Assembly (NCBI GenBank): GCA_946496115.1
Contig: CAMMFK010000003.1
Coordinates: forward strand, 1-39,568
DNA from: an uncultured Clostridium sp.
GTDB taxonomy: Bacteria > Bacillota > Clostridia > TANB77 > CAG-508
DNA length: 39,568 nucleotides
Direction of reading: 5' to 3'
Within the stretch, counting starts at the first letter, position 1; each line of letters opens with the position of its first letter. The position numbers and the translations under genes were made by a program. This document shows positions 31,054 to 39,568 of this stretch, piece after piece. The notes below the pieces were generated by a model, which was not told where the DNA came from, searched no databases, and saw nothing but the letters and a program-made list of their open reading frames with translations.

Positions 31054-31764
31054 ATGACACCACATAATGAAGCTAAAAAGGAAGATATTGCTGAAATTGT
31101 TTTAATGCCTGGAGATCCATTAAGAGCAAAATATATTGCTGAAAACTTTTTAGAAAATTATAAACTTGTTAATTCAGTAAGAAATATGTATGGATATACT
31201 GGATATTATAAAGGAAAAAGATTAACTGTTTTTGCATCTGGTATGGGAATGCCAAGTATGGGCATTTATGCATATGAGCTATATAAATTTTATGATGTAA
31301 AGTCTATTATAAGACTAGGCTCATGTGGAGCTTATTCTCCAAATTTAAATATTTTTGATACAATACTTGTAAATACTAGTTATACAGAAGGTAATTTTGC
31401 TTATGGTTTAGAAGGTGTAGACTGCCATAGAGCTTTTTCAGACAAAGAGATTAATAATGCTATTGGAAATACTGCTCAAAAGCTTGGAATTAATTTAATT
31501 AGTGGAGATGTGCTTTGTAGTGAAGTTTTTGATTACTATGTAAAAGATTTAAATGCTTTAATTAATAGATTTCCAAAAGATTTAAATATTATAGGTGCAG
31601 AAATGGAATCTTTTGCTTTGTTTTATATAGCAAAATATTTGAATAAAAAAGCGTCTTGTTTATTAACAGTTGTTGATTCTCATTATAAAAAGCAAGAAAT
31701 TTCTGCTAATGAAAGAGAAACATCTTTAAATACAATGATTAAACTAGCTTTAGAAAGTTGTTAA
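31054..31764 (+). CDS. deoD: Purine nucleoside phosphorylase DeoD-type
   Basis: MTPHNEA, LMPGDPLRAKYIAE, VRNMYGYTG, GMGMPSMGIY, AEMES. Confidence 0.95.
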   Translation: MTPHNEAKKEDIAEIVLMPGDPLRAKYIAENFLENYKLVNSVRNMYGYTGYYKGKRLTVFASGMGMPSMGIYAYELYKFYDVKSIIRLGSCGAYSPNLNIFDTILVNTSYTEGNFAYGLEGVDCHRAFSDKEINNAIGNTAQKLGINLISGDVLCSEVFDYYVKDLNALINRFPKDLNIIGAEMESFALFYIAKYLNKKASCLLTVVDSHYKKQEISANERETSLNTMIKLALESC

Positions 31765-31803
31765 AAACTTAAGGTTTTATCTGTTGTATAGTTAGAAATA
31801 AAA

Positions 31804-32007
31804 TCAAGCAATATATTCTTCTACTTTTTTTATGGGGATGCAAAGTGCTTCTGCTATTTTTTCCTTTGCGAACCCCATATTATGCATTTTTTGGCTAACC
31901 TTTTTTTCTTTTTCTCTTATTCCTTCTAGTCTGCCTAAAGTTCTGCCTTCTGCTTTACCAATTTTTCTTTCGTACTCAATGTTTTTCATGTAAGTTTCTG
32001 CTAACAT
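31804..32007 (-). CDS. Small protein resembling the C-terminal domain of Rpn/YhgA (PD-(D/E)XK) proteins
   Basis: GKAEGRTLGRLEGIRE repeat followed by M...GF..EKIAE...IP...VE, an HTH-like tail; AAGGAG RBS. Confidence 0.68.
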   Translation of the reverse strand: MLAETYMKNIEYERKIGKAEGRTLGRLEGIREKEKKVSQKMHNMGFAKEKIAEALCIPIKKVEEYIA

Positions 32008-32040
32008 AAGTTTTCTCCTTTCTTAAAAATTTATGTTAAC

Positions 32041-32068
32041 AGTATATCATATTTCCATTTAATGTCAA
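32041..32068 (-). promoter_or_regulatory. Sigma-A promoter of the 67-aa gene
   Basis: TTGACA-16-TATACT with extended TG. Confidence 0.65.
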
Positions 32069-33459
32069 GCAATTTTACGTTTTTCATAATAATAATCGTG
32101 CGACATATTTTGACAAATTTCGACATTTGGTAATCTTACTATTCTACCAAGTTCTCCTTCTGCTTCATCATTTACTTCATTAACTGTATTTTGTTCTTCA
32201 TTTATAGTATCGCTCTCATCACTTGACTTTGCTGTGTTATCTATTTCAGGTCCAACTATTTCTACTATCTTATTTAATTCTGACTTCATTAAATTATACA
32301 TTGATGTAGAATATTCAGAATTACCGGCTTCATAATCTTTTATTATTTGCTCTATATCTAGTAATTCATATCTATCTTTTGCATTTTGACCATTGTCATA
32401 AACATAAACTGGTGTATATGTAGCTTTATCTATAGTTATTTCTCCTGTAGCACCATTTTTCCTCACTTCAACATTTAATATTAATGTGTCTCTTGTGTAA
32501 TTGTCTGTTTGAGCAGAGAAAAAGTTTCCCATTGAATATATAACAAAGCCCTCTCTTGTAGTTCCATCATCTAATGTTACAGTTTTCATTTCCATTGGCT
32601 CTGGTACGTGCGAATGATTACCTAAAATTACATTAGCACCATTTTTTATTAAAAATTCTGCTAAATCTTCTTGTTCTGTTGTTGGTTTTAGTCTATATTC
32701 TGCTCCCCAGTGCATACTTACTACAATTAATTCTGCTCCTTCTTCTTTTGCCTTATCTAATTGTTCTTTTATAAAATCTTTATCAATTAAATTAACTGAA
32801 TATTCTCTTCCTGATGGGATTGGAATTCCATTTGTTCCATATGTATAGCATAAGAATGCTGTTTTTATACCATTTAAATCTTTTATCAAAATAGTATTTT
32901 GTTCTTCTTTACTTCTTGATGTTCCTGTATGAGCTATTCCATAATCGTCTAAAACATTTAAAGTTCTTTCAAGACCAGTATATCCTTTATCTAAACAGTG
33001 GTTATTTGCTGTTGTTAAAATATCTATTCCCATTTCTTTTAGGTCATAAGCTAATTCGTCTGGTGAATTAAAAGTTGGGTAACCCGAATATCCTCTATCT
33101 GCTCCAGCTAAAGTTGTTTCTAAGTTTCCAACTGCAACTGTTGCGTCATCAAAATATTTTGTTACATTTTTAAACATTGGAGAAAAGTCATATGCACCTG
33201 TTTCTGAGTTGTAAGCGTCTTTAAAATTTTGACTATGACATAAAGCATCTCCAATACCCACTATATTAATTACTATGTCTTCTGCTTCAGGCTCTTCAAC
33301 TACTTCATTTATACTATTTTTATTCTGAGCAATATTAGAATTAAGCATATTGGGATTATTTACTAGTGTATATATACAAATAGATATAATTACTAATGCT
33401 ACAATTACTATTATGCCTAAAAAGACATTTAACTTTTTTACCTTTTTTCTTCTAGCCAT
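32065..33459 (-). CDS. CapA family (poly-gamma-glutamate synthesis-like metallophosphoesterase), membrane anchored
   Basis: GD.LCH, GNLET, ANNHCLD, SMHWG.EY, GNHSHV, YSMGNF. Start placed at ATG 33459 by RBS; true 3' end uncertain. Confidence 0.9.
   Translation of the reverse strand: MARRKKVKKLNVFLGIIVIVALVIISICIYTLVNNPNMLNSNIAQNKNSINEVVEEPEAEDIVINIVGIGDALCHSQNFKDAYNSETGAYDFSPMFKNVTKYFDDATVAVGNLETTLAGADRGYSGYPTFNSPDELAYDLKEMGIDILTTANNHCLDKGYTGLERTLNVLDDYGIAHTGTSRSKEEQNTILIKDLNGIKTAFLCYTYGTNGIPIPSGREYSVNLIDKDFIKEQLDKAKEEGAELIVVSMHWGAEYRLKPTTEQEDLAEFLIKNGANVILGNHSHVPEPMEMKTVTLDDGTTREGFVIYSMGNFFSAQTDNYTRDTLILNVEVRKNGATGEITIDKATYTPVYVYDNGQNAKDRYELLDIEQIIKDYEAGNSEYSTSMYNLMKSELNKIVEIVGPEIDNTAKSSDESDTINEEQNTVNEVNDEAEGELGRIVRLPNVEICQNMSHDYYYEKRKIA
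32099..32125 (-). promoter_or_regulatory. Three tandem Spo0A-box-like heptamers with a 10-bp period
   Basis: TGTCGAA, TGTCAAA and TGTCGCA on the minus strand (0A box consensus TGNCGAA). Confidence 0.45.
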
Positions 33460-33557
33460 TTCTTTTCCCCCTTTTAAAAAAGACAATCTTATATAAAGAT
33501 TTTCTAATATTTTGTAGGAAAAGTCAAGGTTATTGCATAAGATTTTATTTCAAAATG

Positions 33558-33799
33558 ACTTTAAAAGATTACAGTTCACATTTAAATTAAAGATTAATCA
33601 AGTTGCAATATATGTTTTTCCGCATTTGCTTCACGGTTCGCGAAATAAATTTCGCGGAAGCGTTTGCACGCTCACTTCGGTAGTCCTACTTAGTTAAAGT
33701 CTCAAATGCTCGCGCTACCTCAGGTCGCTAAAAGCTCCAAAATATATATTGCAACTTTAAACTAATTTTATTTAGTTGTGAACTGTAATCTTTTAAAGT
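33558..33799. repeat. Composite palindromic element E
   Basis: Perfect 23-bp outer IR ACTTTAAAAGATTACAGTTCACA (33558-33580/33777-33799). Inner IR AAGTTGCAATATA / TATATTGCAACTT spans 33600-33757. Confidence 0.85.
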
Positions 33800-33808
33800 T
33801 ATAACAAA

Positions 33809-34363
33809 TTAAATTTCCATTTGGCTACCTAGGAATGTAGCTGCAACTGATGCAACCTCTTCTTCCGTCTTTTCCATTTTAGTACTGTCATCTTTGCTAA
33901 TTAAAACAACACTTCCAATAACATCTCCATCTGAAATAATAGGGCAAATCACTTGTGGCTTTATTTCTTTATCTTTATTACCTTTCTCAGTAATAAAAAC
34001 AGAATTTGAACCATCTCCAACAAATCTTTGCCTTGTATTAAATATTTTTTCTAAGTCAGAACTAATTTTTTGCTCTAATAAATCTTTTTTGCTTGTTCCC
34101 GATACAGCTATAACAGTATCTCTGTCAGTTATAATACTTATATGTCCTGTAATTTTGTTTAAGCTTTCAACATATTCTGTTGCAAAATTAGAAAGTTCAC
34201 CTATTGGAGAATATTTTTTTAGTATTATGTCTCCCTCTTTTTCTGTAAATATTTCTAATGGGTCTCCCTCTTTAATTCTTAATGTTCTTCTTATTTCTTT
34301 AGGAATTACTATTCTTCCCAAATCGTCTATTCTTCTAACAACTCCTGTCGCCTTCATTTCCAA
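33809..34363 (-). CDS. spoVT: Stage V sporulation protein T
   Basis: AbrB domain MKATGVVRRIDDLGRIVIPKEIRRTLRIKEGDPLEIF plus GAF-like C-terminus ending FLGSQMEI. Confidence 0.96.
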   Translation of the reverse strand: MEMKATGVVRRIDDLGRIVIPKEIRRTLRIKEGDPLEIFTEKEGDIILKKYSPIGELSNFATEYVESLNKITGHISIITDRDTVIAVSGTSKKDLLEQKISSDLEKIFNTRQRFVGDGSNSVFITEKGNKDKEIKPQVICPIISDGDVIGSVVLISKDDSTKMEKTEEEVASVAATFLGSQMEI

Positions 34364-34461
34364 TCTTCCTTTCTCATAATAGTTTGATTTTTTGTTTTAT
34401 AATTTCATTTTTGTCATGCAAATTAACATATTAAAAAATCACTAATTTTTCCTTATATTGC

Positions 34462-34490
34462 TATTATGTACAAATTATGAAAATTTATGC
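34462..34490 (-). promoter_or_regulatory. Sigma-G-type promoter of spoVT
   Basis: GCATA-17-CATAATA on the minus strand; spoVT is a known SigG target in Bacillus subtilis. Confidence 0.65.
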
Positions 34491-34538
34491 AAGTTTCTAA
34501 TTTTTTTAATTTTATTATATTAAGTTATGCTTAATTTT

Positions 34539-34591
34539 TGTCGAATTTTGTCTAAAAACTTCTTGACATATTTAAATATAAAGTATAGTAT
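34539..34591 (+). promoter_or_regulatory. 0A-box-like pair plus sigma-A promoter for the 140-aa orphan
   Basis: TGTCGAA (34539) and TGTCTAA (34549), then TTGACA-17-TAGTAT (34563-34591). Confidence 0.6.
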
Positions 34592-34651
34592 TTATTTAAG
34601 TTATTTTTTTCGAAGGGTAGTTGCCCTTCTACAAACAAAAGGAGACCAACT

Positions 34652-35074
34652 ATGATGAATAATTCTTTGACTAAACGCATTCGGTTTTGGCTGGATTCTG
34701 ATACCAGTCTTCTCAACGTAATGGTCATCGAAGAGTTTGAGGACCATAAGAGCTGTATTATTACTCCAAAAATCCTTGACAGCTCTCATAATGAAAAGGA
34801 TGTAAGCTCTCAGAACACCATCATTATGCTTCGTACTCTTGACGGTCCGGAAGAGGTTTTCAGTTTTATGTTTCCTTATCTGTATGAGTTAGCCTATTTT
34901 GAAGCTAATGGTAATTCTAATAACAAGCAACTTTATCAGGAAGCTGTTGCCTTCAAGAATAGTGTAGAGGCTTGGCTTAAAAATCAGGTTGCCTGGGGAT
35001 ATATGAATCAAACTGAAGCACGTATTGTTTTGAGCGGTCTCTACCTCCCCACAACAAAGTTTTCTTCTCCCTAA
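34652..35074 (+). CDS. Hypothetical protein, 140 aa, orphan with atypical codon usage
   Basis: AAGGAG RBS, own promoter, downstream terminator; uses CGN Arg codons that are rare in the neighbours. Confidence 0.75.
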   Translation: MMNNSLTKRIRFWLDSDTSLLNVMVIEEFEDHKSCIITPKILDSSHNEKDVSSQNTIIMLRTLDGPEEVFSFMFPYLYELAYFEANGNSNNKQLYQEAVAFKNSVEAWLKNQVAWGYMNQTEARIVLSGLYLPTTKFSSP

Positions 35075-35157
35075 TAACTTGCACAGCAGATTGCTAAAAC
35101 TGCTTGCGTCAATTGAGTTTGAGATAACATCTAATGTGTCTCTTTCTTCTTACAACA

Positions 35158-35194
35158 ACAAACAGGCACCTCCTAATTGCGAGGTGCTTGTTTG
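35158..35194. terminator. Terminator hairpin between the convergent orphan and metG
   Basis: CAAACAGGCACCTC-N9-GAGGTGCTTGTTTG. Confidence 0.7.
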
Positions 35195-35218
35195 CTAATT
35201 TATCTTAATCATTAACTT

Positions 35219-36790
35219 TTATTTTTTCATAAGATTTTTTATATATTCCACTTCTTCATCTACATTTAGTCTCATAAATATTGGTTCACCTTTTTCTATT
35301 ACTTTGGTATTCTCTATTTCTTTATATTCTTTTAAAGAATCCCATGTAACATTATTTCTCATTCCAAGTTGTCTTAACATATTGTCTGACGTTTCTTCCA
35401 TTAGTGGTCTTATTAAAATTGCAATTTCTCTTAAATTAGCAATTAAATGGTAAATGCAAGATTTTAGTTTTTCTTTACTTTCTTCATCTTTAGCTAAAAT
35501 CCAAGGTGAAGTTTCATCTATATATTTATTTGTTCTTGAAATGTAATTCCAAATTTCTTTTAAACTATTGGCAAATTCAAAGTTATTTATTTCTTTTTCA
35601 AAATTTGTGATTGCATCATTTGATGCTTTTTCCAAATCTTCATCTACTTCGTTTTGAAGGCCATTATACTTTGGAACCACTCCATCAAAATATTTGTTGA
35701 CCATTGAAATTGTTCTATTTAATAAGTTACTTAAATCATTACATAAATCGAAGTTATATCTTTCAACAAATTCTTCTGGTGAGAATAATCCGTCTTGTGA
35801 TGTTGGTAATTCTCTAATTAAGAAATACTTTGTAGCATCCAAAGCATACCTTTCTATAAGTTGGTCTGGGTAAATAACATTTCCTTTTGATTTACTTATT
35901 TTACCATCTTTCATAACAAACCAATTGTGTACAAATATTGTTTTTGGAAGTGGTAAATCTAGTGCCATTAAGAATATAGGCCAATAAATTAAATGGAATC
36001 TTGCAATGTCTTTTCCAACCAAGTGTACATCTGCTGGCCAATATTTTTTAAACTTACTATCATCATCTGATAAGTAACCTAAAGCTGTAATATAGTTTGT
36101 TAAAGCATCAAGCCATACATATATAACGTGTTTTGGGTCACTTTTAACTTTTATTCCCCAGTCAAAAGATGTTCTTGTAACACACAAATCTTCTAGTCCT
36201 GGTTTTATAAAGTTATTAATCATTTCAGTTTTTCTATAATCTGGTTTTATAAAATCTGGATGAGTATTGTAGTATTCTAGAAGTCTATCTGCATATTTTT
36301 TCATATTGAAAAAATATGCTTCTTCTTTCATTTTTGTAACTTCTCTACCACAATCAGGACATTTGCCATCTACTAATTGTGTTTCTGTAAAATATGATTC
36401 ACAAGGTTTGCAATACCAGCCTTCATATTCGCCTTTGTAGATATCTCCTTGTTCAAGAAATCTTTCAAATATTTCTTGAACAGCTTTGCAGTGATATTCA
36501 TCAGTTGTTCTCATAAATATATCATAATCTATTTTCATAGTTTTCCATAATTTTTTAGCTGCATCTGCTTGAACATCAACATATTCTTGAGGAGACATAT
36601 TTTCATCTTTTGCCTTATCCTCTATTTTTTGTCCGTGCTCATCTACACCAGTTAACATTAAGCAGTCATATCCTTGCATTTTTCTTAGCCTTTTTAGCAT
36701 ATCTGCTAAAACTGTCGTGTAAGATGTGCCAATGTGAAACTTGCCACTTGGATAGTAAATTGGTGTTGTAACATAATAATTTTTGTCCAT
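35219..36790 (-). CDS. metG: Methionine--tRNA ligase, short form without C-terminal tRNA-binding domain
   Basis: YVTTPIYY, HIGT, TGVDEHGQKI, Zn knuckle CKPC...CPDC, YVWLDAL, KISKSKGN; AGGAGG RBS before ATG 36790. Confidence 0.96.
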   Translation of the reverse strand: MDKNYYVTTPIYYPSGKFHIGTSYTTVLADMLKRLRKMQGYDCLMLTGVDEHGQKIEDKAKDENMSPQEYVDVQADAAKKLWKTMKIDYDIFMRTTDEYHCKAVQEIFERFLEQGDIYKGEYEGWYCKPCESYFTETQLVDGKCPDCGREVTKMKEEAYFFNMKKYADRLLEYYNTHPDFIKPDYRKTEMINNFIKPGLEDLCVTRTSFDWGIKVKSDPKHVIYVWLDALTNYITALGYLSDDDSKFKKYWPADVHLVGKDIARFHLIYWPIFLMALDLPLPKTIFVHNWFVMKDGKISKSKGNVIYPDQLIERYALDATKYFLIRELPTSQDGLFSPEEFVERYNFDLCNDLSNLLNRTISMVNKYFDGVVPKYNGLQNEVDEDLEKASNDAITNFEKEINNFEFANSLKEIWNYISRTNKYIDETSPWILAKDEESKEKLKSCIYHLIANLREIAILIRPLMEETSDNMLRQLGMRNNVTWDSLKEYKEIENTKVIEKGEPIFMRLNVDEEVEYIKNLMKK

Positions 36791-36887
36791 AATATTCTCC
36801 TCCTTTATAATAATTTTCACTACCCAGTATTATAGCACATCAATCCTGTAAAATCTACATTTTGTAGAATTTTATTTTCAGTCGACA

Positions 36888-39566
36888 TTAGATATTATCT
36901 TTTCTTATTGTTTCAATTATATTTTGCTTATTTATTTTATTTAATGAATACTTCATTATTCCACCAATTAGCAAAAATACCACTACAATTGCTACAACTG
37001 TTGGCATTAATGGGAATGTGTATTTCATTAAAATTCCTTCTCTAAATGCCAAGTATAGTAAATATGAGCCAAGTATTCCAAGTGGCAGTCCTATTATGAT
37101 TGATTTTAGGCCATAGAATATGCTTTCTAATCTAATCATTCTATTGAATTCTTTTTTGGTCATTCCAATTGATTTTAAGTTTGCAAATTCTTTGCTTCTT
37201 AAGTTCATATTGCTTGTTATTGTATTGAATATGTTTGTTACTCCTATTAATGAGATTACTATTATAAATCCATATAAGAATATTGCTATTACTAATATTA
37301 ATGAATTTTGTCTATCCGCTTCTTCTTGTATGTTTACTGTAAATATATTTTGGTAATTTGCATTTATGTCTTTTTCCAATCCTGATGCATTTTCAGCATT
37401 TACATATAGTGTTCCAAAAATCCAGTCGAACCTATCTATAAATTCATCACTTACTATCATTGTTCCTTCTGTATAAGATGTTGTTTCTAATCCCATTGGT
37501 CTTTTTGTTGTTTGTGTAATAATCGGTGCTGTAACGTTTTCTACAACTTCTGCACCATTTCTAGATACATCAAAGGTTATTTCGTCTCCTCTATTGTAAT
37601 CATATATTTCGCCAATATATTTTCTGTAACTTCCATCTTCATTATAAATGTATCTTTCAAAATCATCTATCCAAATTATTTTTTCTTTTGCATCGTCATA
37701 ATTTAGTCCTAAATCACTTATATATCTTTGATATTCGTCATCGCCAAGTGCTAGCATTACCACTTTATATTCTGCATCTTCTCCACCTTCAATTGCTTCT
37801 GAATATTCTGATGTTAGGTTTGTCAAATATTCTCTACCATCTTTTGATAATTTTAAATCATTTGTGCTCAAATTTATATATAAATGTTTTGTTATTGTAT
37901 ATGAATTTACCCTTTCATCTTGAGCTATTTTTTTATAAGTATCATAAGCTTCGTTTTTATCTATATCATTTCCGCTTATTGATACTTGCAAATTATACTT
38001 GTAGTCTGTTAAAGCCTGATTTGATACAGTAAAACTGTATTGCACTAGTGATGTTATTGATATAAATATAGCTATGCTTACTACTAAAGATATTACTGTT
38101 GTACGATATTTTTTTCTATTTCTTTTCAAATTTTTGTATGCTATATCTCCACCTACACCAAATATTTTTTTGATTATTTTTGGAGATTTTACTTTTTTAC
38201 CTTTTATTTTTATGTCTTCATTACTTCTTATTGCATCTATTGGAGATAATTTTGCTGCCCTTCTTGCAGATGCTTTGCAAGAAAAATAGATTGTTATTAC
38301 TGCCAATATTATTGAAAATATTATTGCTGTAACTGGTACTGAATATATAAATGTTACGTCATCTATAATTTTTCCAATTAAATTATTTAATATTATTGAT
38401 AAAATCCAATTTACTAATATTCCAAGTAATATTCCTGATGGAATACCAATCAATCCCAATATTGCACCTTCAAAAAGTACATTTTTTCTTATTTGCTTTT
38501 TGGTTGCTCCTATTGATGATAACATTCCATATTGCCTTGTTCTTTCCGTTATTGATATTGCGAAACTATTTCTTATAACAAATACACTTGAAATTATTAT
38601 TATAACTACTACAATAATTCCTATTAAATATAACATTCTCATATATGAGCTATTAACTCCAATGCCTTCAAATTGTAATACATTGTCATTTAAACTTATG
38701 TCATATTTACTTCCAACCTCTTCTTTTGTCATTCCTGTTGATAGTTCCATTATTCCCATGTAGTTAGTTTCTTTTTGTTCTTCTGCATTTAGCCCCAAAA
38801 TATTGCATAGTACTTCTTCATAATTTCTTACACCATCTTTTGTAAAGTTTGCATATATATTGGCTGTGCTTCCTAAATTATTTACATCTAAATATGTTAA
38901 TGCTGTAAAGCCTGGTGCAGAATAAGGTTCTAATGTATAATTAAGCCTTTCCATTATCCCAACAATTTTGTACTCTTTTTTATATATAGTTTCTAAATAT
39001 TCTTCTTTAGTGTAAATATCATCTTGTGTAAGTTCTTTTCCGTCTAGTAATCTTTTTGAAATATCTAATGTTAATATATCTCCTATTTTTAATGGATTTT
39101 CAGGCTCACTTAAATCTAATTGGTTACCTTCTGTTTGCATATAGTCATAAATATTTTGACTTATAACTATTTCACTACTATTGGTTGGAAATCTACCGTC
39201 AGTTAATTTTATAGGAAGTTTACTTTGAGCACCATTATCTATAGCAACTATGTGAAAATATGGTTTGTCTTCATTTGTTGATTCATTAAATCTCGCATAA
39301 CCTATATCTGATGTTAAAAAGTAATCATCTATATTTCTATTTTCTGCTATGTATGATAAATCTTCAGTTGGTACATCTTTGAACTCTACCTGATAGTCAC
39401 CATTACTTTTTATAAAATAATCTTGCAATGTTGCTTTTCCGCTAGTTACCATTCCAGCAACAACTGTAATTAATGCTGTTGATAACAATATTCCTATTAT
39501 TGTAACTAGGGTTCTCTTTTTATTAAGCTTAAGGCTTTTTATGGTTAATTTATTTAAGATTTTCAT
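36888..39566 (-). CDS. FtsX-like ABC transporter permease
   Basis: NKKRTLVTIIGI, RNSFAISITERTRQYGMLSSIGAT, NIFNTITSNMNLRSKEFANLKSIGMT. Its ATPase partner is probably upstream, outside the window. Confidence 0.92.
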   Translation of the reverse strand: MKILNKLTIKSLKLNKKRTLVTIIGILLSTALITVVAGMVTSGKATLQDYFIKSNGDYQVEFKDVPTEDLSYIAENRNIDDYFLTSDIGYARFNESTNEDKPYFHIVAIDNGAQSKLPIKLTDGRFPTNSSEIVISQNIYDYMQTEGNQLDLSEPENPLKIGDILTLDISKRLLDGKELTQDDIYTKEEYLETIYKKEYKIVGIMERLNYTLEPYSAPGFTALTYLDVNNLGSTANIYANFTKDGVRNYEEVLCNILGLNAEEQKETNYMGIMELSTGMTKEEVGSKYDISLNDNVLQFEGIGVNSSYMRMLYLIGIIVVVIIIISSVFVIRNSFAISITERTRQYGMLSSIGATKKQIRKNVLFEGAILGLIGIPSGILLGILVNWILSIILNNLIGKIIDDVTFIYSVPVTAIIFSIILAVITIYFSCKASARRAAKLSPIDAIRSNEDIKIKGKKVKSPKIIKKIFGVGGDIAYKNLKRNRKKYRTTVISLVVSIAIFISITSLVQYSFTVSNQALTDYKYNLQVSISGNDIDKNEAYDTYKKIAQDERVNSYTITKHLYINLSTNDLKLSKDGREYLTNLTSEYSEAIEGGEDAEYKVVMLALGDDEYQRYISDLGLNYDDAKEKIIWIDDFERYIYNEDGSYRKYIGEIYDYNRGDEITFDVSRNGAEVVENVTAPIITQTTKRPMGLETTSYTEGTMIVSDEFIDRFDWIFGTLYVNAENASGLEKDINANYQNIFTVNIQEEADRQNSLILVIAIFLYGFIIVISLIGVTNIFNTITSNMNLRSKEFANLKSIGMTKKEFNRMIRLESIFYGLKSIIIGLPLGILGSYLLYLAFREGILMKYTFPLMPTVVAIVVVFLLIGGIMKYSLNKINKQNIIETIRKDNI

Positions 39567-39568
39567 AA

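Noticed and set aside
32072-32083. ATTTTACGTTTT matching an arm of the 32-bp motif
   Set aside because: The GACGG core is missing and a 12-bp AT-rich match could be chance.
36848-36872. Weak inverted repeat upstream of metG
   Set aside because: AT-rich and imperfect, and the gap is too short for a T-box or S-box; I cannot assign a role.

Overview
Low-GC chromosomal segment of a spore-forming Clostridia-type Firmicute (sigK, spoVT, disA-radA, spoIIIE/ftsK, ytxC), with almost all genes on the minus strand. Most content is housekeeping: recD2 (partial), cyclophilin, disA, radA, a GH15 hydrolase, a beta-CASP nuclease, ftsK, two FtsX-type ABC permeases, sigK, a U32 protein, the NifU-like/GGGtGRT pair, gap-pgk-tpiA-gpmI, deoD, capA-like, spoVT and metG. 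I see no rRNA, tRNA, CRISPR array, transposase or prophage. The unexplained structure is intergenic. (1) A dispersed family of GC-rich, 125-150 bp palindromic elements bounded by CAATATA...TATATTG: five full copies, one collapsed copy and one solo arm, with mosaic interiors and flanks that differ between copies but stay self-complementary. Three are nested inside a second pair of inverted repeats. (2) A 32-bp motif, TTTTAC-N6-GACGGWCC-N4-YRTAAAAT, present five times. (3) A clean +1 frameshift at ACC-CGG-T in an ABC ATPase. (4) Self-contained orphan gene cassettes, including a stand-alone Rpn C-terminal-like gene and an orphan DUF600/YezG-like gene. (5) A membrane protein fused to an internally deleted cell-wall hydrolase. 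All alignments were done by eye.
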